The position numbers and the translations under genes were made by a program. From positions 186,001-250,000 of the forward strand of contig NW_013657663.1 in NCBI RefSeq assembly GCF_000142905.1: a stretch of DNA of 64,000 nt, written 5' to 3'. Below are positions 12,413 through 23,723 of the stretch, one piece after another. The stretch's first letter is position 1; each line of letters opens with the position of its first letter. The stretch comes from Thecamonas trahens ATCC 50062. Taxonomy: Eukaryota; Protista; Apusomonadida. A model generated the notes under the pieces. It saw only the letters and a list, made by a program, of their open reading frames with translations, searched no databases and was not told the DNA's origin.

Positions 12413-13636
12413 TCAGGCACGCTCCCGCTCAAAGGTGATGAGGGTCTTGCCGGGGCCGGAGCCGGTCGAGGCGTCGAGCGTGCGGAAGGCGGCGACGACG
12501 GCGTCAAGGGCGGCGCGCTCAGCGGACGAGGCTGATGGTGGGCTTTCAGTCGGCGACGCGTCGGGTATGCTCTCAAAGGGGCCAAATGTAAAGAGGGAGT
12601 CCGTGGTGTGCGGGAGCGGGGTGAGCTGTCCGGTGGCGACGCTGTCGAGCAGGCTCGCCAGTCCGGGCCCCGATGGGTGGAACAGTACCCAGTCGTAGTC
12701 AAAGCCTGCGGCGCGGGCGGCGAGCTTGGAGGCTGCAAGATCAAAGGCAGCGAGCGCACCGCCAATCGCCACCCCGCCCTCGTCGGTCAGACGCGGCAGC
12801 GGGCCGTTGAGGGTGGCGTAGGCGCGGGCGCGGCCCGAGGCCCGCGGCGGGAGCTGCGCCGACGAGCCACGGCCCATGGCGGCCAAGTAGCGGTCCTCAT
12901 CGGCGGCGGCGGCGTTGATAGTGACGTGCGAGGCAGCAATGGCGTCGTCGATGGCGGCCGCATCGGACGGCTCGTCGTAGGCGAGGAGGGTGACGTCGCC
13001 GAGCAGCGGCGCGACCGCGTCGAGTGAGGCGCGCGAGGCGACGGCGACCACCGAATCTGAGCCGCGCAGCTGCGCGAGCTGGACGGCGAGGACGCCGACC
13101 GGGCCGGATGCGCCAGCAACAACGACGGCGTCGCCGGCGCCGACTCGCGTGACCTCGTCGACCGCAGCGAGCGCAGTGAGCCCCGCGTACGGCAGCGCGG
13201 CGGCGGTGAGGGTATCGACCGACGACGGAACCGGCGCGGCGCACGCTACCGGCACAACAATGTCCTCGGCAAGCGCACCGGGCCAGGCGACCGGCAGAGC
13301 AAAGGCGAGGCGCTGCGCCGGGGCGGCGGCAGGCGATGACAACGATGACGGCGAGGGAGCCGCGAGCGCCACGCCCTCGCGGCCGGGCACATGGGCATGG
13401 GCGGAAGCGGAGGCATCACCGGAGGCAAGGCCCGGAGCAGAAAGCGAGCGTGCTGATCGAGCAACGGCGAGCAGATTGCCGGCGTACCCGTCGAGCCTGC
13501 GTGCGTCAAAGGCGTTGAGGCCGACCACCAGCGGGCGGAGGGCCAGGGCTGAGGCTGGCGGGGTCGGCGGGCGCGGGGTGCGGACCAGGCGCAGGCCACG
13601 CAGCCCCGTGGGGGCGATAGAGCGGACCGTACGCAT
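12413..13636 (-). CDS. Medium-chain dehydrogenase/quinone oxidoreductase, RTN4IP1-like (start abuts N-gap)
   Basis: AAALPYAGLTA, GASGPVGVLAVQLA (NAD(P)-binding) and YDWVLFHPSGPGL..V..GQLTP are typical of RTN4IP1-type MDRs. Confidence 0.75.
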   Translation of the reverse strand: MRTVRSIAPTGLRGLRLVRTPRPPTPPASALALRPLVVGLNAFDARRLDGYAGNLLAVARSARSLSAPGLASGDASASAHAHVPGREGVALAAPSPSSLSSPAAAPAQRLAFALPVAWPGALAEDIVVPVACAAPVPSSVDTLTAAALPYAGLTALAAVDEVTRVGAGDAVVVAGASGPVGVLAVQLAQLRGSDSVVAVASRASLDAVAPLLGDVTLLAYDEPSDAAAIDDAIAASHVTINAAAADEDRYLAAMGRGSSAQLPPRASGRARAYATLNGPLPRLTDEGGVAIGGALAAFDLAASKLAARAAGFDYDWVLFHPSGPGLASLLDSVATGQLTPLPHTTDSLFTFGPFESIPDASPTESPPSASSAERAALDAVVAAFRTLDASTGSGPGKTLITFERERA

Positions 13637-14622
13637 GNNNNNNNNNNNNNNNNNNNNNNNNNNNNNNNNNNNNNNNNNNNNNNNNNNNNNNNNNNNNNNN
13701 NNNNNNNNNNNNNNNNNNNNNNNNNNNNNNNNNNNNNNNNNNNNNNNNNNNNNNNNNNNNNNNNNNNNNNNNNNNNNNNNNNNNNNNNNNNNNNNNNNNN
13801 NNNNNNNNNNNNNNNNNNNNNNNNNNNNNNNNNNNNNNNNNNNNNNNNNNNNNNNNNNNNNNNNNNNNNNNNNNNNNNNNNNNNNNNNNNNNNNNNNNNN
13901 NNNNNNNNNNNNNNNNNNNNNNNNNNNNNNNNNNNNNNNNNNNNNNNNNNNNNNNNNNNNNNNNNNNNNNNNNNNNNNNNNNNNNNNNNNNNNNNNNNNN
14001 NNNNNNNNNNNNNNNNNNNNNNNNNNNNNNNNNNNNNNNNNNNNNNNNNNNNNNNNNNNNNNNNNNNNNNNNNNNNNNNNNNNNNNNNNNNNNNNNNNNN
14101 NNNNNNNNNNNNNNNNNNNNNNNNNNNNNNNNNNNNNNNNNNNNNNNNNNNNNNNNNNNNNNNNNNNNNNNNNNNNNNNNNNNNNNNNNNNNNNNNNNNN
14201 NNNNNNNNNNNNNNNNNNNNNNNNNNNNNNNNNNNNNNNNNNNNNNNNNNNNNNNNNNNNNNNNNNNNNNNNNNNNNNNNNNNNNNNNNNNNNNNNNNNN
14301 NNNNNNNNNNNNNNNNNNNNNNNNNNNNNNNNNNNNNNNNNNNNNNNNNNNNNNNNNNNNNNNNNNNNNNNNNNNNNNNNNNNNNNNNNNNNNNNNNNNN
14401 NNNNNNNNNNNNNNNNNNNNNNNNNNNNNNNNNNNNNNNNNNNNNNNNNNNNNNNNNNNNNNNNNNNNNNNNNNNNNNNNNNNNNNNNNNNNNNNNNNNN
14501 NNNNNNNNNNNNNNNNNNNNNNNNNNNNNNNNNNNNNNNNNNNNNNNNNNNNNNNNNNNNNNNNNNNNNNNNNNNNNNNNNNNNNNNNNNNNNNNNNNNN
14601 NNNNNNNNNNNNNNNNNNNNNN

Positions 14623-14759
14623 GGCGCTCCGCCGCCGCACATGATGGGCCGCGGCCATGCCATGCCGCCGCCCATGCGCGGCCGTGGCATGCCCATGCAC
14701 CCGGCCGGCCGGCGGCATGCCGCCGCACGATGGGCCGTGGTCGCGGCCGCGGCATGTAG
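14623..14759 (+). CDS. 3' fragment of a Pro/Met/Gly/Arg-rich protein emerging from the gap (SmB-like tail?)
   Basis: APPPHMMGRGHAMPPPMRGRGMPM..MGRGRGRGM-TAG. The frames are inconsistent at the gap edge and the rest of the gene lies in the Ns. Confidence 0.3.
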
Positions 14760-15026
14760 CCTGCTGCATCACGGCTCTAGCCCCAGCGACCGACACTCTC
14801 GTCCGGCAACAAGCCCACCGCTGGCTCCATCGATAAAGTGGACGACCCAAGCTATGGAAAGCAAGGCAGCGAGAGGCCAAAGAGGCGCAGGCGAGGCGAA
14901 CCAGCAAACGGCTCGTTCGGTGACTCGATTGGCAAAATGGCAGTCCGGGCGGGCAATAGAGGCGGCCGCGGCTTAACTCCCCAACACTTTTGCACGACTC
15001 GTCACTCTCGTCTTGCATTCCTCAAC

Positions 15027-16066
15027 ATGGTACGATCCGATCAGACAGTGGGAGGGCGCCCTGGGGACAGCCGCCCCGCCCGGTATGGGCAAACCATGTT
15101 GCCGACATCCACAAGCCGCCTACCGCTGCGGTTGACCATGCGTAGCAGCCTGGTCTTCGGCCTGTGCCGGCCTTGCCTTGCCTGTGCCGGCCCCGGCGGC
15201 GCAGTGAGGCTGTGGTGTGTGATTTTGACGTCGCGCCCGGAGCCCGTCCTTGTCGGCTCCACCGGCGTCCTGCAGCGCCCCAGCAGCCCATACTCTTGCC
15301 AAGCCTTTCGGCGTGCGCTTAGCCTACCCCCTAGCCTGGTGTAGCTCGTGGTCTGTGGTGTCCTGCGTGGGTGGTGGCTTGCAGACGGGCTTGGGCTATT
15401 TTGGTTTTTGTGTGTGCTTGTGTCGGCGCCCGCGGCACCGTCCAAGCGGCGGCAAGGGCCAAGGCTGCCGAGCAGAAGGCTTCCGAGAGAGGGAGACGAC
15501 GCCCCACACAAGGCGCAACTCACCGGGTAAGTGTGTGCTGTGTGACGCAGTCGAAGAAGGCAGCCAACCCCATGCGCGAGCTTCGCATCGCCAAGCTCTG
15601 CGTCAACATCTGCGTCGGTGAGTCTGGTGACCGTCTCATGCGTGCCGCCAAGGTGCTTGAGCAGCTGACTGGCCAGAAGCCGTGCATGTCCAAGGCCCGC
15701 TACACCGTCCGGTCCTTCTCCATCCGTCGTGGTGAGAAGATCTCCGTCTGGTGCACCGTCCGTGGCCCCAAGGCGTACGAGATCCTCGAGAACGCCCTCA
15801 AGGTCAAGGAGTACGAGCTCCGCCGCGGCAACTTCTCGGACAACGGCCACTTTGGCTTCGGTATCGACGAGCACATCGACCTCGGCCTCAAGTACGACCC
15901 GTCCGTCGGCATTTACGGTATGGACATCTTCTGCGTCCTCGGCCGTCGTGGCGAGCGCGTGGGCCGCAAGAAGCGCAAGTCCGGCAAGGTCGGCACCAAC
16001 CACCGCATCACCAAGGAGGAGGGCATCAAGTGGTTCCAGCAGACCTTTGAGGGCATCGTCAACTAA
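15027..16066 (+). CDS. RPL11: 60S ribosomal protein L11 (uL5); exon 1 = ATG 15027-15029, intron 15030-15550, exon 2 15551-16066
   Basis: [53 protein letters not shown]; ATG|GTACGA donor and GACGCAG|TCG acceptor in frame. Confidence 0.96.
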
Positions 16067-16248
16067 AATCCTGCAAACCGACGTTCTTTGTTGTGTAGTG
16101 CCCGCCTGCCCTACCATCCCCCCCTTTCCCCTTCCCTACCATTCTGCCCACCATCATCATTCACCACGCCGACCCACACAGAGAGAGTTCATGCGGTGTA
16201 CGCTGCAGCTGCTACCACTGCTACCACTGCTCGACAGCGAGCGGAGGC

Positions 16249-17895
16249 TCAGTACACGTAGTTCGACTCGAAGAGCGACGAGTCCTCGGCAACGGTCCCA
16301 TCAGACTCGTACTGGCCGAGGGTGGCGAGGCCGTTGGCCTTGGCGCGCTCGAGGAGCGCAGCCTGCGCGGCCGGCACGTTGTCGGCCGAGCCGGACCAGG
16401 CCTCGAGGACCGACTTCTGCAGAGCGCGGCCGTACGAAAAGGCAACGGTCCACGGGCGGCCGGGCAGCTTGTTCATCTCGTTGAGGTAGACGGTAGCCTG
16501 CTCCTCCGAGAGGCCGCCCGAGAGAAAGTTGATCGACGGCAGCGCCGGCGGGATGGTGCGGCGGAGCGTGGTGATCGTGGCCTTGGCAATGTCCTGCGGC
16601 GACGCGCGAGTCGGGCAGTCCTGGCCGGGCACCACCATGTTCGGCTTGAGGATGCAGCCCTCGAGCAGCACGTTGTGCTCATGGAGCGCCTCGATGACCG
16701 CAGCCTGCACCTTGACGTTGACCGCCACAGCCGTCGCCAGGTCGTGCGTCCCGTCCATGAGGATCTCAGGCTCGACAATCGGCGCCAGACCGTTCTGCTG
16801 GCAGATCTGCGCGTACCGCGCAAGCGTCACCGCGTTCTCGTGGATCGCAAGTGCAGACGGCGCGCCCGACGCAACGTCGATCTTCAGCACCGCCCGCCAC
16901 TTGGCGAACCGGCAGCCCATCGCGTAGTACTCGGCTGCCCGGACGTCAAGGTTATCCAGACCCTGGGTCACAGTCTCGCCCTCGATGCCCGAGAACACGT
17001 TGCGCGGGCCCTTGTCCACCTTGATCCCCGCCACAATGCCGCGCGACGTCAGGCACTCGATCATCGTCCGCCCGTCAGACACGGTGTCGCGCGCAGTCTC
17101 GTCAAACAGGATCACACCCGAGATGTGCTCCTCCAGACCCTCGGTCGTCACAAGGAGCTCGCGGTACGCACGCCGGTTCTCGGCATTGTTCTCCACGTTG
17201 ATGTTGGCAAACCGCTTGCCGATGGTCCCGGTCGACTCGTCAGCAGCGAGAATGCCCTTGCCGGGCGTGCCGATCGTCGACTATCTCCCCCACCATGTAT
17301 GCGCGCCCTCACGTGAGTCCCCTCCAGCCCGCCTGCTCGCTACAGCCCAAAGCTCCTCCACTGACCGCCACCGCCCCCACGTGGCGACCTTCCTAACACC
17401 GCCCCGCACCTCCACCCCTACCAAGCCGCACAACCCACCCACCGACTCTCCCTCCACCCTCCACCCCCATCCACCTCCCAACCATCCTGAACACACACAC
17501 ACACCCCAGCAGAGTCGCCTTCCTCCCCCTCCCCTCCCCCCTCCCCTCCCCCCCCCCTTCCCTCCCTTCTCCCCTCCCCGTTGGCTCCGAATTTTGAGCC
17601 ATTCGTTCGTTCGCTCGATCCGTCTTCGCCTTCCCTCACCCCCTCCCCCTGGACCCTTTATTTCGATANNNNNNNNNNNNNNNNNNNNNNNNNNNNNNNN
17701 NNNNNNNNNNNNNNNNNNNNNNNNNNNNNNNNNNNNNNNNNNNNNNNNNNNNNNNNNNNNNNNNNNNNATCCCCCACCCCCACCCCCCCACCCCCCTTCC
17801 CCTCCCAACCCCTCCTCCCCCCCCCCCCCCTCCTCCCTCTGCGGACATACGGCAGTGGCAATGAGCTCGTCACGGAAAGGGTGGGTGGCAGCCAT
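16249..17895 (-). CDS. ALDO: Fructose-bisphosphate aldolase class I; exons 17895-17851 and 17280-16249
   Basis: [15 protein letters not shown]|[62 protein letters not shown]-terminal NYVY. GTATGT donor, GATAG acceptor. Confidence 0.95.
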
Positions 17896-18224
17896 GATAA
17901 ATGTTAAAGTCGACTCTGGTGTGAGCGAAGTTGGGTGCCTTTCACACAGCCGCCATTGCCGCTGTTGCTGCCGTTGACGGTGTCACTGTCACACTGCTGC
18001 GCTTGACGCTGTTGCTGCTGCCGATTGCTACGGCGCGACCAATGTCGCAACCAGAGCGGTGGCTGCCTGGCCAAGATCCGACTCACACACTCTTGATTCC
18101 GGCCCGATCAAGCCCTCAGTCCAAACCGTTGGCTGTCTCGTCCAACCCGAACAATCGCTTGGGTGATGCCCAGAGGCCATCTGGTCATTGCGCATAGGCC
18201 CTGCCTGCTACAGTCGATTCCGAC

Positions 18225-18839
18225 TCATGCCGAGCTGCGGATGTCGTGGACGGCGGCGGCAAGGGTGGCGACGTGCGGATCGGGCTTGCCCAGTGCGGCC
18301 AGCGCCTCATCGAGGCGGAGCAAGTACTCGATGTTGGGGCCAGACTCGCCAGCGGCTGACGCGATCTGCGCGGCCATCAACGCTACCGGTGCCGGGCCAA
18401 GGTACGATGGATTGTCCGGCGTGGCAATATAGGTGCAGGCCTGGAGGATCCGCCCGTCCTCGGCGTGCACGTCGACGGTGATGAGCGCGTAGCCGTCCTT
18501 CTCGCGATGGTCCAGCCGCGCCCGCAACTCGTCGCGCTGCGGGCCATCGGGAAGGGCGTAGGCGCGACCCCAGACCCGATCTTCATCATCGGCGGCGGCA
18601 TCGGCTCCACCAACCGCGCCAGTACCACTACCACCCACCGGCTCCAGTGTCACCACCCGCCCGGGCGCCTCGGCCGTGCCGCGGTGGTCGGTCGAGCCCT
18701 GGTGGAACCGGCGGCGCCAGCCGGAGACCCAGCCGACGACCGACTCGGCGTCCTCGAGGCCCGGCTCGGGCTTCCACACCAGCGAACCGTAACCAAACAA
18801 CCACCGCGTCGCGTCGCTCTCGCTCTCGCTCTCACACAT
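18225..18839 (-). CDS. CHAC: ChaC-family glutathione-specific gamma-glutamylcyclotransferase
   Basis: WLFGYGSLVWKP, RRFHQGSTDHRGT..PGRVVTL, LDHREKDGY, GESGPNIEYL. Confidence 0.93.
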   Translation of the reverse strand: MCESESESDATRWLFGYGSLVWKPEPGLEDAESVVGWVSGWRRRFHQGSTDHRGTAEAPGRVVTLEPVGGSGTGAVGGADAAADDEDRVWGRAYALPDGPQRDELRARLDHREKDGYALITVDVHAEDGRILQACTYIATPDNPSYLGPAPVALMAAQIASAAGESGPNIEYLLRLDEALAALGKPDPHVATLAAAVHDIRSSA

Positions 18840-18943
18840 GTTTGCCTCGCTTGCTCTCCTCTTCCTCCCGAGTCGTGTGTGTTCGGTAATGCGATTGTAC
18901 TCTGCCGCTGCCCTCGCGGTGACGTCATCGCGGTGCAGGGGCA

Positions 18944-19903
18944 CTACCAGCTGCCGATACGAAGCGTGAGCTCTGCCCGATGTGTGTCCTGAGGATGGAC
19001 AACAACCGGCTCGACGTTGGCGGCCTCGACGCAGATGAACCGAGCGGCATCACCGGGCGCAAGATCGGCCATGGTCGCGGCACGCTCGGCGCCCGGGTTC
19101 CACACCACCACATCACGGAAGCCAGCGGTGCGCTCGATGTCAAACAGGGTCTCGCCGGCCGCGTCGGTGATGGCCAGCGTGAGTGGCGCGCGCCGAAAGG
19201 CGGCGTCGACCTCGCCTGCAAAGCTGATGTCGGAGTCAGCTGGCCAAGTCTTGATGGCCATACCGTCGGTCTTGTCGACGTACACCACGCCTCCGAGGCC
19301 GGAAACCCGGACCTGCGCCGCATCCGGAACCGCAAAGTATGTGTGCAGCGCGTCGGTAAAGACCAGCGCGTTGGCCAGCGGCTCATGGACAGCCTGGTCG
19401 TACGTGTTCTCCTCCCGCCCGTTGGTCACCGCCCACGCCAGCCGAAGCGCATTGTCGTCGGTTAGCTCGACACAGTACTCGGCAGAGAACGGGAGCGTTC
19501 CCGGTGGCACTCCGTCCGACTCGTGGGTGAGCACAAGGGTCACTGCGCTCGGAGATGCGTCGGCAACCGTCCACGTGGCCTTGCGAGCAAAGCCGTGATT
19601 GCCGAGTGGGCCCTGACCGGCAAACTGCGGGAAGCAGACCGGGATGCCGCCACGGATGGCAGCATCGTGTGCATACACTGCAGCCTCTGATGTAAACAGC
19701 ACCGATTCAGCATCCTTGCCCTTTGGCTGCCACGCCGTCACGTGCGCCCCGTGGAGAAAGACCGTCGCCAGCGCGCCTGTCGCCGCATGCTCCAGCCCCA
19801 GGTACTCCAGCCCCGAGCTATGCCTCTGCACCACGCCTGCGCCCACGCCTGCACCAGCACCTGCACCAGCCTCTCTACGTGCACCTGTCCCTGTCTCTGC
19901 CAT
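18944..19903 (-). CDS. Glucose-6-phosphate 1-epimerase (aldose 1-epimerase family)
   Basis: HGAHVTAW, AIRGGIPVCFPQF, HGFAR, FTDALHTYF, DVVVWNP, FICVEAA. Confidence 0.92.
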   Translation of the reverse strand: MAETGTGARREAGAGAGAGVGAGVVQRHSSGLEYLGLEHAATGALATVFLHGAHVTAWQPKGKDAESVLFTSEAAVYAHDAAIRGGIPVCFPQFAGQGPLGNHGFARKATWTVADASPSAVTLVLTHESDGVPPGTLPFSAEYCVELTDDNALRLAWAVTNGREENTYDQAVHEPLANALVFTDALHTYFAVPDAAQVRVSGLGGVVYVDKTDGMAIKTWPADSDISFAGEVDAAFRRAPLTLAITDAAGETLFDIERTAGFRDVVVWNPGAERAATMADLAPGDAARFICVEAANVEPVVVHPQDTHRAELTLRIGSW

Positions 19904-20526
19904 GGTATCCGGTTTTCGTGTGGAGCAAGACAGGTGAGGGGGACAGATGGGGGGAGGGGGGAGGGAGGGAGGGGAGGGGGGGGANNNNNNNNNNNNNNNN
20001 NNNNNNNNNNNNNNNNNNNNNNNNNNNNNNNNNNNNNNNNNNNNNNNNNNNNNNNNNNNNNNNNNNNNNNNNNNNNNNNNNNNNNNNNNNNNNNNNNNNN
20101 NNNNNNNNNNNNNNNNNNNNNNNNNNNNNNNNNNNNNNNNNNNNNNNNNNNNNNNNNNNNNNNNNNNNNNNNNNNNNNNNNNNNNNNNNNNNNNNNNNNN
20201 NNNNNNNNNNNNNNNNNNNNNNNNNNNNNNNNNNNNNNNNNNNNNNNNNNNNNNNNNNNNNNNNNNNNNNNNNNNNNNNNNNNNNNNNNNNNNNNNNNNN
20301 NNNNNNNNNNNNNNNNNNNNNNNNNNNNNNNNNNNNNNNNNNNNNNNNNNNNNNNNNNNNNNNNNNNNNNNNNNNNNNNNNNNNNNNNNNNNNNNNNNNN
20401 NNNNNNNNNNNNNNNNNNNNNNNNNNNNNNNNNNNNNNNNNNNNNNNNNNNNNNNNNNNNNNNNNNNNNNNNNNNNNNNNNNNNNNNNNNNNNNNNNNNN
20501 CCCAGCTGCGCCCAGCCCCGGTTTAG

Positions 20527-23297
20527 TGGGCGGGTGGGTGGGCCACGTACCAGGCGCCGTCATCGCCCGGGCCGGCGGCCAACGCCGGCGGCAATGACTC
20601 GCGTGCGCCCGATGGTGCTGCCGTCGTCGCCCACTCTTACGCCAACAAGATCCAGACCACCGACGCTGGCTACCGCCGGTTTCACCAGCCCGAGCTTGAG
20701 GCGCGCGCCGGTAGCGCCAAGGGGCCGGGTCCGCTCCCAACACGCAAGGTCCTCGAGGCGCTTGACAAGATCGAGACCATGTTCTATCGCACGCCGCCGG
20801 TCCACACCGCACTTGTGGCGCCGTCGGCCAAGATTGACGGCTCAGACGCCGTCGCCGCCCTCCTCATCCACCTCTCCAACAACATGATGGTCCGGCTCTC
20901 GCTCGCAGGCTCGATGCATGCGCTGCATCTGGCCAAGGTCCGGGTCGACGACTCGTACGCCAAGAAGATGCGCAACACGGCAGTGGCCTCTGTCGTCCGC
21001 CCGCAGTTTATCGTCATCGCCTACGCCTCGCAGCACCTCACGGTCCACACCCATCGCAAGCCCAAGGCCGGCCCAGTCTCGTCGTTCAAGAAGCTCACCG
21101 AGCTCAAGCCGGTGACGGTCACGCTCGAGGCGCCGGTCCAGGCTCTCGACGTCAACGCCTCCAACTCGCTCATCCTCGCCACCTTTCGCCAGGCCCAGAC
21201 GCTCTCGGTCTTTGGCTTCCAGGCAAGCGGCGGCCTCGGCCTGATGGCGCGGATCCAGGCCGACTCGGGCTCAGTCTTCTTTGATGCTCGCTTCTGCAAG
21301 TCCAAGCCCAACATGATCTACACCATCGAGGAGCCGGTCACCGCCGCTTTCCGCACGAGATCACCGTCAAGATCTACGAGTTCCAGCACGGCAACCTCAT
21401 CCTGCAGAACCAGCGCGCGCTTCTTGTCCACCACTCGATCACCACCGTGGCGTATACTCCGTCCGGCGGCCGGGTTGTCTTTGGCTTTGTCAACGGCCGC
21501 CTCGTTCAGTTTGACTTTGAGACGCTCTCCGTCAAGCGGGTGACCGTCTCCAACGGCTCGTCGCCGATGCGCATCCTCTTCCACCCTGACGACCCTTACA
21601 AGCTCCTGCTCGCCATGTTTGCCGACGGTGCTGTCTACGCCTTTGATGCCGCCCTTAACCCGCTCTCGTTTGTCTACGAGTCGGGTGACGTTGCCGCTTC
21701 CTTTGCTTGCATGCAGTACTCCAACTTTAACTCGTACCTCGGCCACGTCGAGTGGCTGACAAGCGCCTCGCTGGCCAAGCTATCGTCGACTGCCGCCGTG
21801 TCCCGCACCACGCTTCCGGTCGCCGGCGCCCTGCCGACCTCGCCGCTGCCACCGTCGATGGCGCCGGGGAGCCCGGCGCCGGCCGGCGCTGGCTTTGACC
21901 CGTTCGCCTCGCCCAGCGCGGCGGCGCCCGGCTTCCCGCTATCACCCTCGCCGGCACCCGCCGACGCGGCTCCGGTCACGCCTGCTGCGCCGGCCGCAAC
22001 GCCGCCGCTGGTGCCGCCGGCAGACGAGCCTGTCGCCGCAAAGTCGATCGAGCATCTGCTCCTGATTGGCGACCGCGGGCCGATTGTCGTCGCCCGCATT
22101 GTTGTCCCGGGCAGCGCCGGTGCCGTCCTCGATGAGCATCTTGCTGCCAGCGAGCCGAACAAGGCGGTTGCCCTGCTCGCCATGCTCAACGGTGACGACC
22201 ACTCGGCTTACATCGCTGCCCAGCGGGTCTTTGACCATGTGCTCGGCACGCCACCGCCTCCAGTCGCCGAAGCATCGTCCAAGGAAGGCAAGGCGCTACA
22301 CAAGGCGCTCATTGCACTGTGGAAGCGGTTCGCCAAGCACACCGTGTACGGCCCGCTCATGCTCGGGCACCTGACTCGCTACTTTGGCTGGCTCCTCGCC
22401 GCTGGCCGGCTCTCATTCGCCTACGCTGTCGCCGACGCGCTCGACTCGCGCCCGCTGCTGCGGCAGCTAGGCGAGTGGGCTGCCGCTGAAGACTCGGCAG
22501 GTAACGCCGAGCTTGTTGCCACCTGCCGCGACCGCGCCGCGTCGGCGTCGCAGGTGGTGGCTGCCTCGCGCGAGGCGCTTCTTCCACCGTCCCCGTCACG
22601 CCGCCGCGGTGGCACGCCCATGCCGTCCTCGCCGCCGCGCGTTCGCGCCATCAACCTCTTCTCCCCCACCGCGCCCAGCCCGGACTTTGGCCGCCACTCG
22701 TCGTCCGTCTCGATCGGCGGCGCGCTTTCATCCGACAGCGAGCTCGACATTGCGCCGCCGTCTCCGCCAGGTCACACCGGGCCCGGCCTCGTCAGCGACG
22801 ACCTGCTCCAGTCGCCGACGTCGCTGGCCGTCCATCCTCCGCTGGCCGTCTCGGACTCGGACGACGCCGGGCCGAGTCACCCGGTCTCCAACACAGAGTC
22901 GGGCGGCCACTCTTCCGACTATGACTCAGACTCGCTCTCAGACTCGGACTCCGGTGCCTCGTCCGATCGCCTCGGTCTTGCGCCGCCGCCCGGCGACGAC
23001 GCCGCCGACCAAGCCTCGTTCGGCCCGGAAGACTACAACATCTTCTCCTCGGGCACTGGCTTTCTCTCCGCCACCATGGACGACAACGAGGTGTCGTCCG
23101 GCATTGGTGGTGGCGTCTCGCCCACAGACTGGCCTTCCCTCACACAGACCCAGGCCCGCACCGTCGGCGCCAAGCTAGAGGCCACCGGCGCCATCCACGA
23201 CGCCTTTGAGCTCTATCAGATGCACGGGCTCTACGATGACGCTGACCGCGTCTTTGAGCGCATCGACCGGCTTGCCGAAGCTCAAGCCGGCTCGTAA
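20527..23297 (+). CDS. WDPCP: WDPCP/Fritz (CPLANE ciliogenesis subunit); 5' exon in gap, apparent 1-nt frameshift at ~21350
   Basis: TTTAG acceptor at 20526 opens the frame of ORF 20779; continues in the frame of ORF 21447. LAKVRVDDSYAKKM, DARFCKSKPNMIYTIE, FDAALNPL and YFGWLLAAGRLSFAYAVA parallel recalled WDPCP motifs (LEKVVIDRSL, DVRFGTKQPYQVFTVE, FDMALSPI, FFHHLLR..EKAFLLA). Confidence 0.78.
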
Positions 23298-23723
23298 ACC
23301 CCCCTCCCCTCCCCCCATTCCCGCTCCCTTCGACTTGAGCGCTACACGAAATTGTCGGGTACGTGCCACGGGTGATCGCACTCTTCCTCTCGCTGACCAG
23401 AATGACTGATCACCGCTCACACCTTCTCCGCATCCTCCGCATCCTCCCCTCCCTTTCCTGCCCCAGCTCACCCCTTCTCACTCTCTATGCCATGTCTCAG
23501 CCCCCTCCCCATTCCCATCCCATCCCACCCCCATCCATATCCTCATCTCTCTCCCTCCGATCCCCGATCCCCCCGATCCCCTTGACTCCCCCCCCCCCCC
23601 CAAACCCCGCCTCTGTCACCACCTCCCGCAGCCGTTGTTCGCTGACTGTTGTTGCAAGCCCCCCCCCCTCCCCCCCTCCCCCCGCTCTCCCGACACCACC
23701 ACCGCACTCCCACCACAAGCAAC

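Noticed and set aside
12990-15018. ORFs spanning N-gaps (also around 17669-17768, 19985-20500, 40362-40461)
   Set aside because: Artefacts of translating through Ns.
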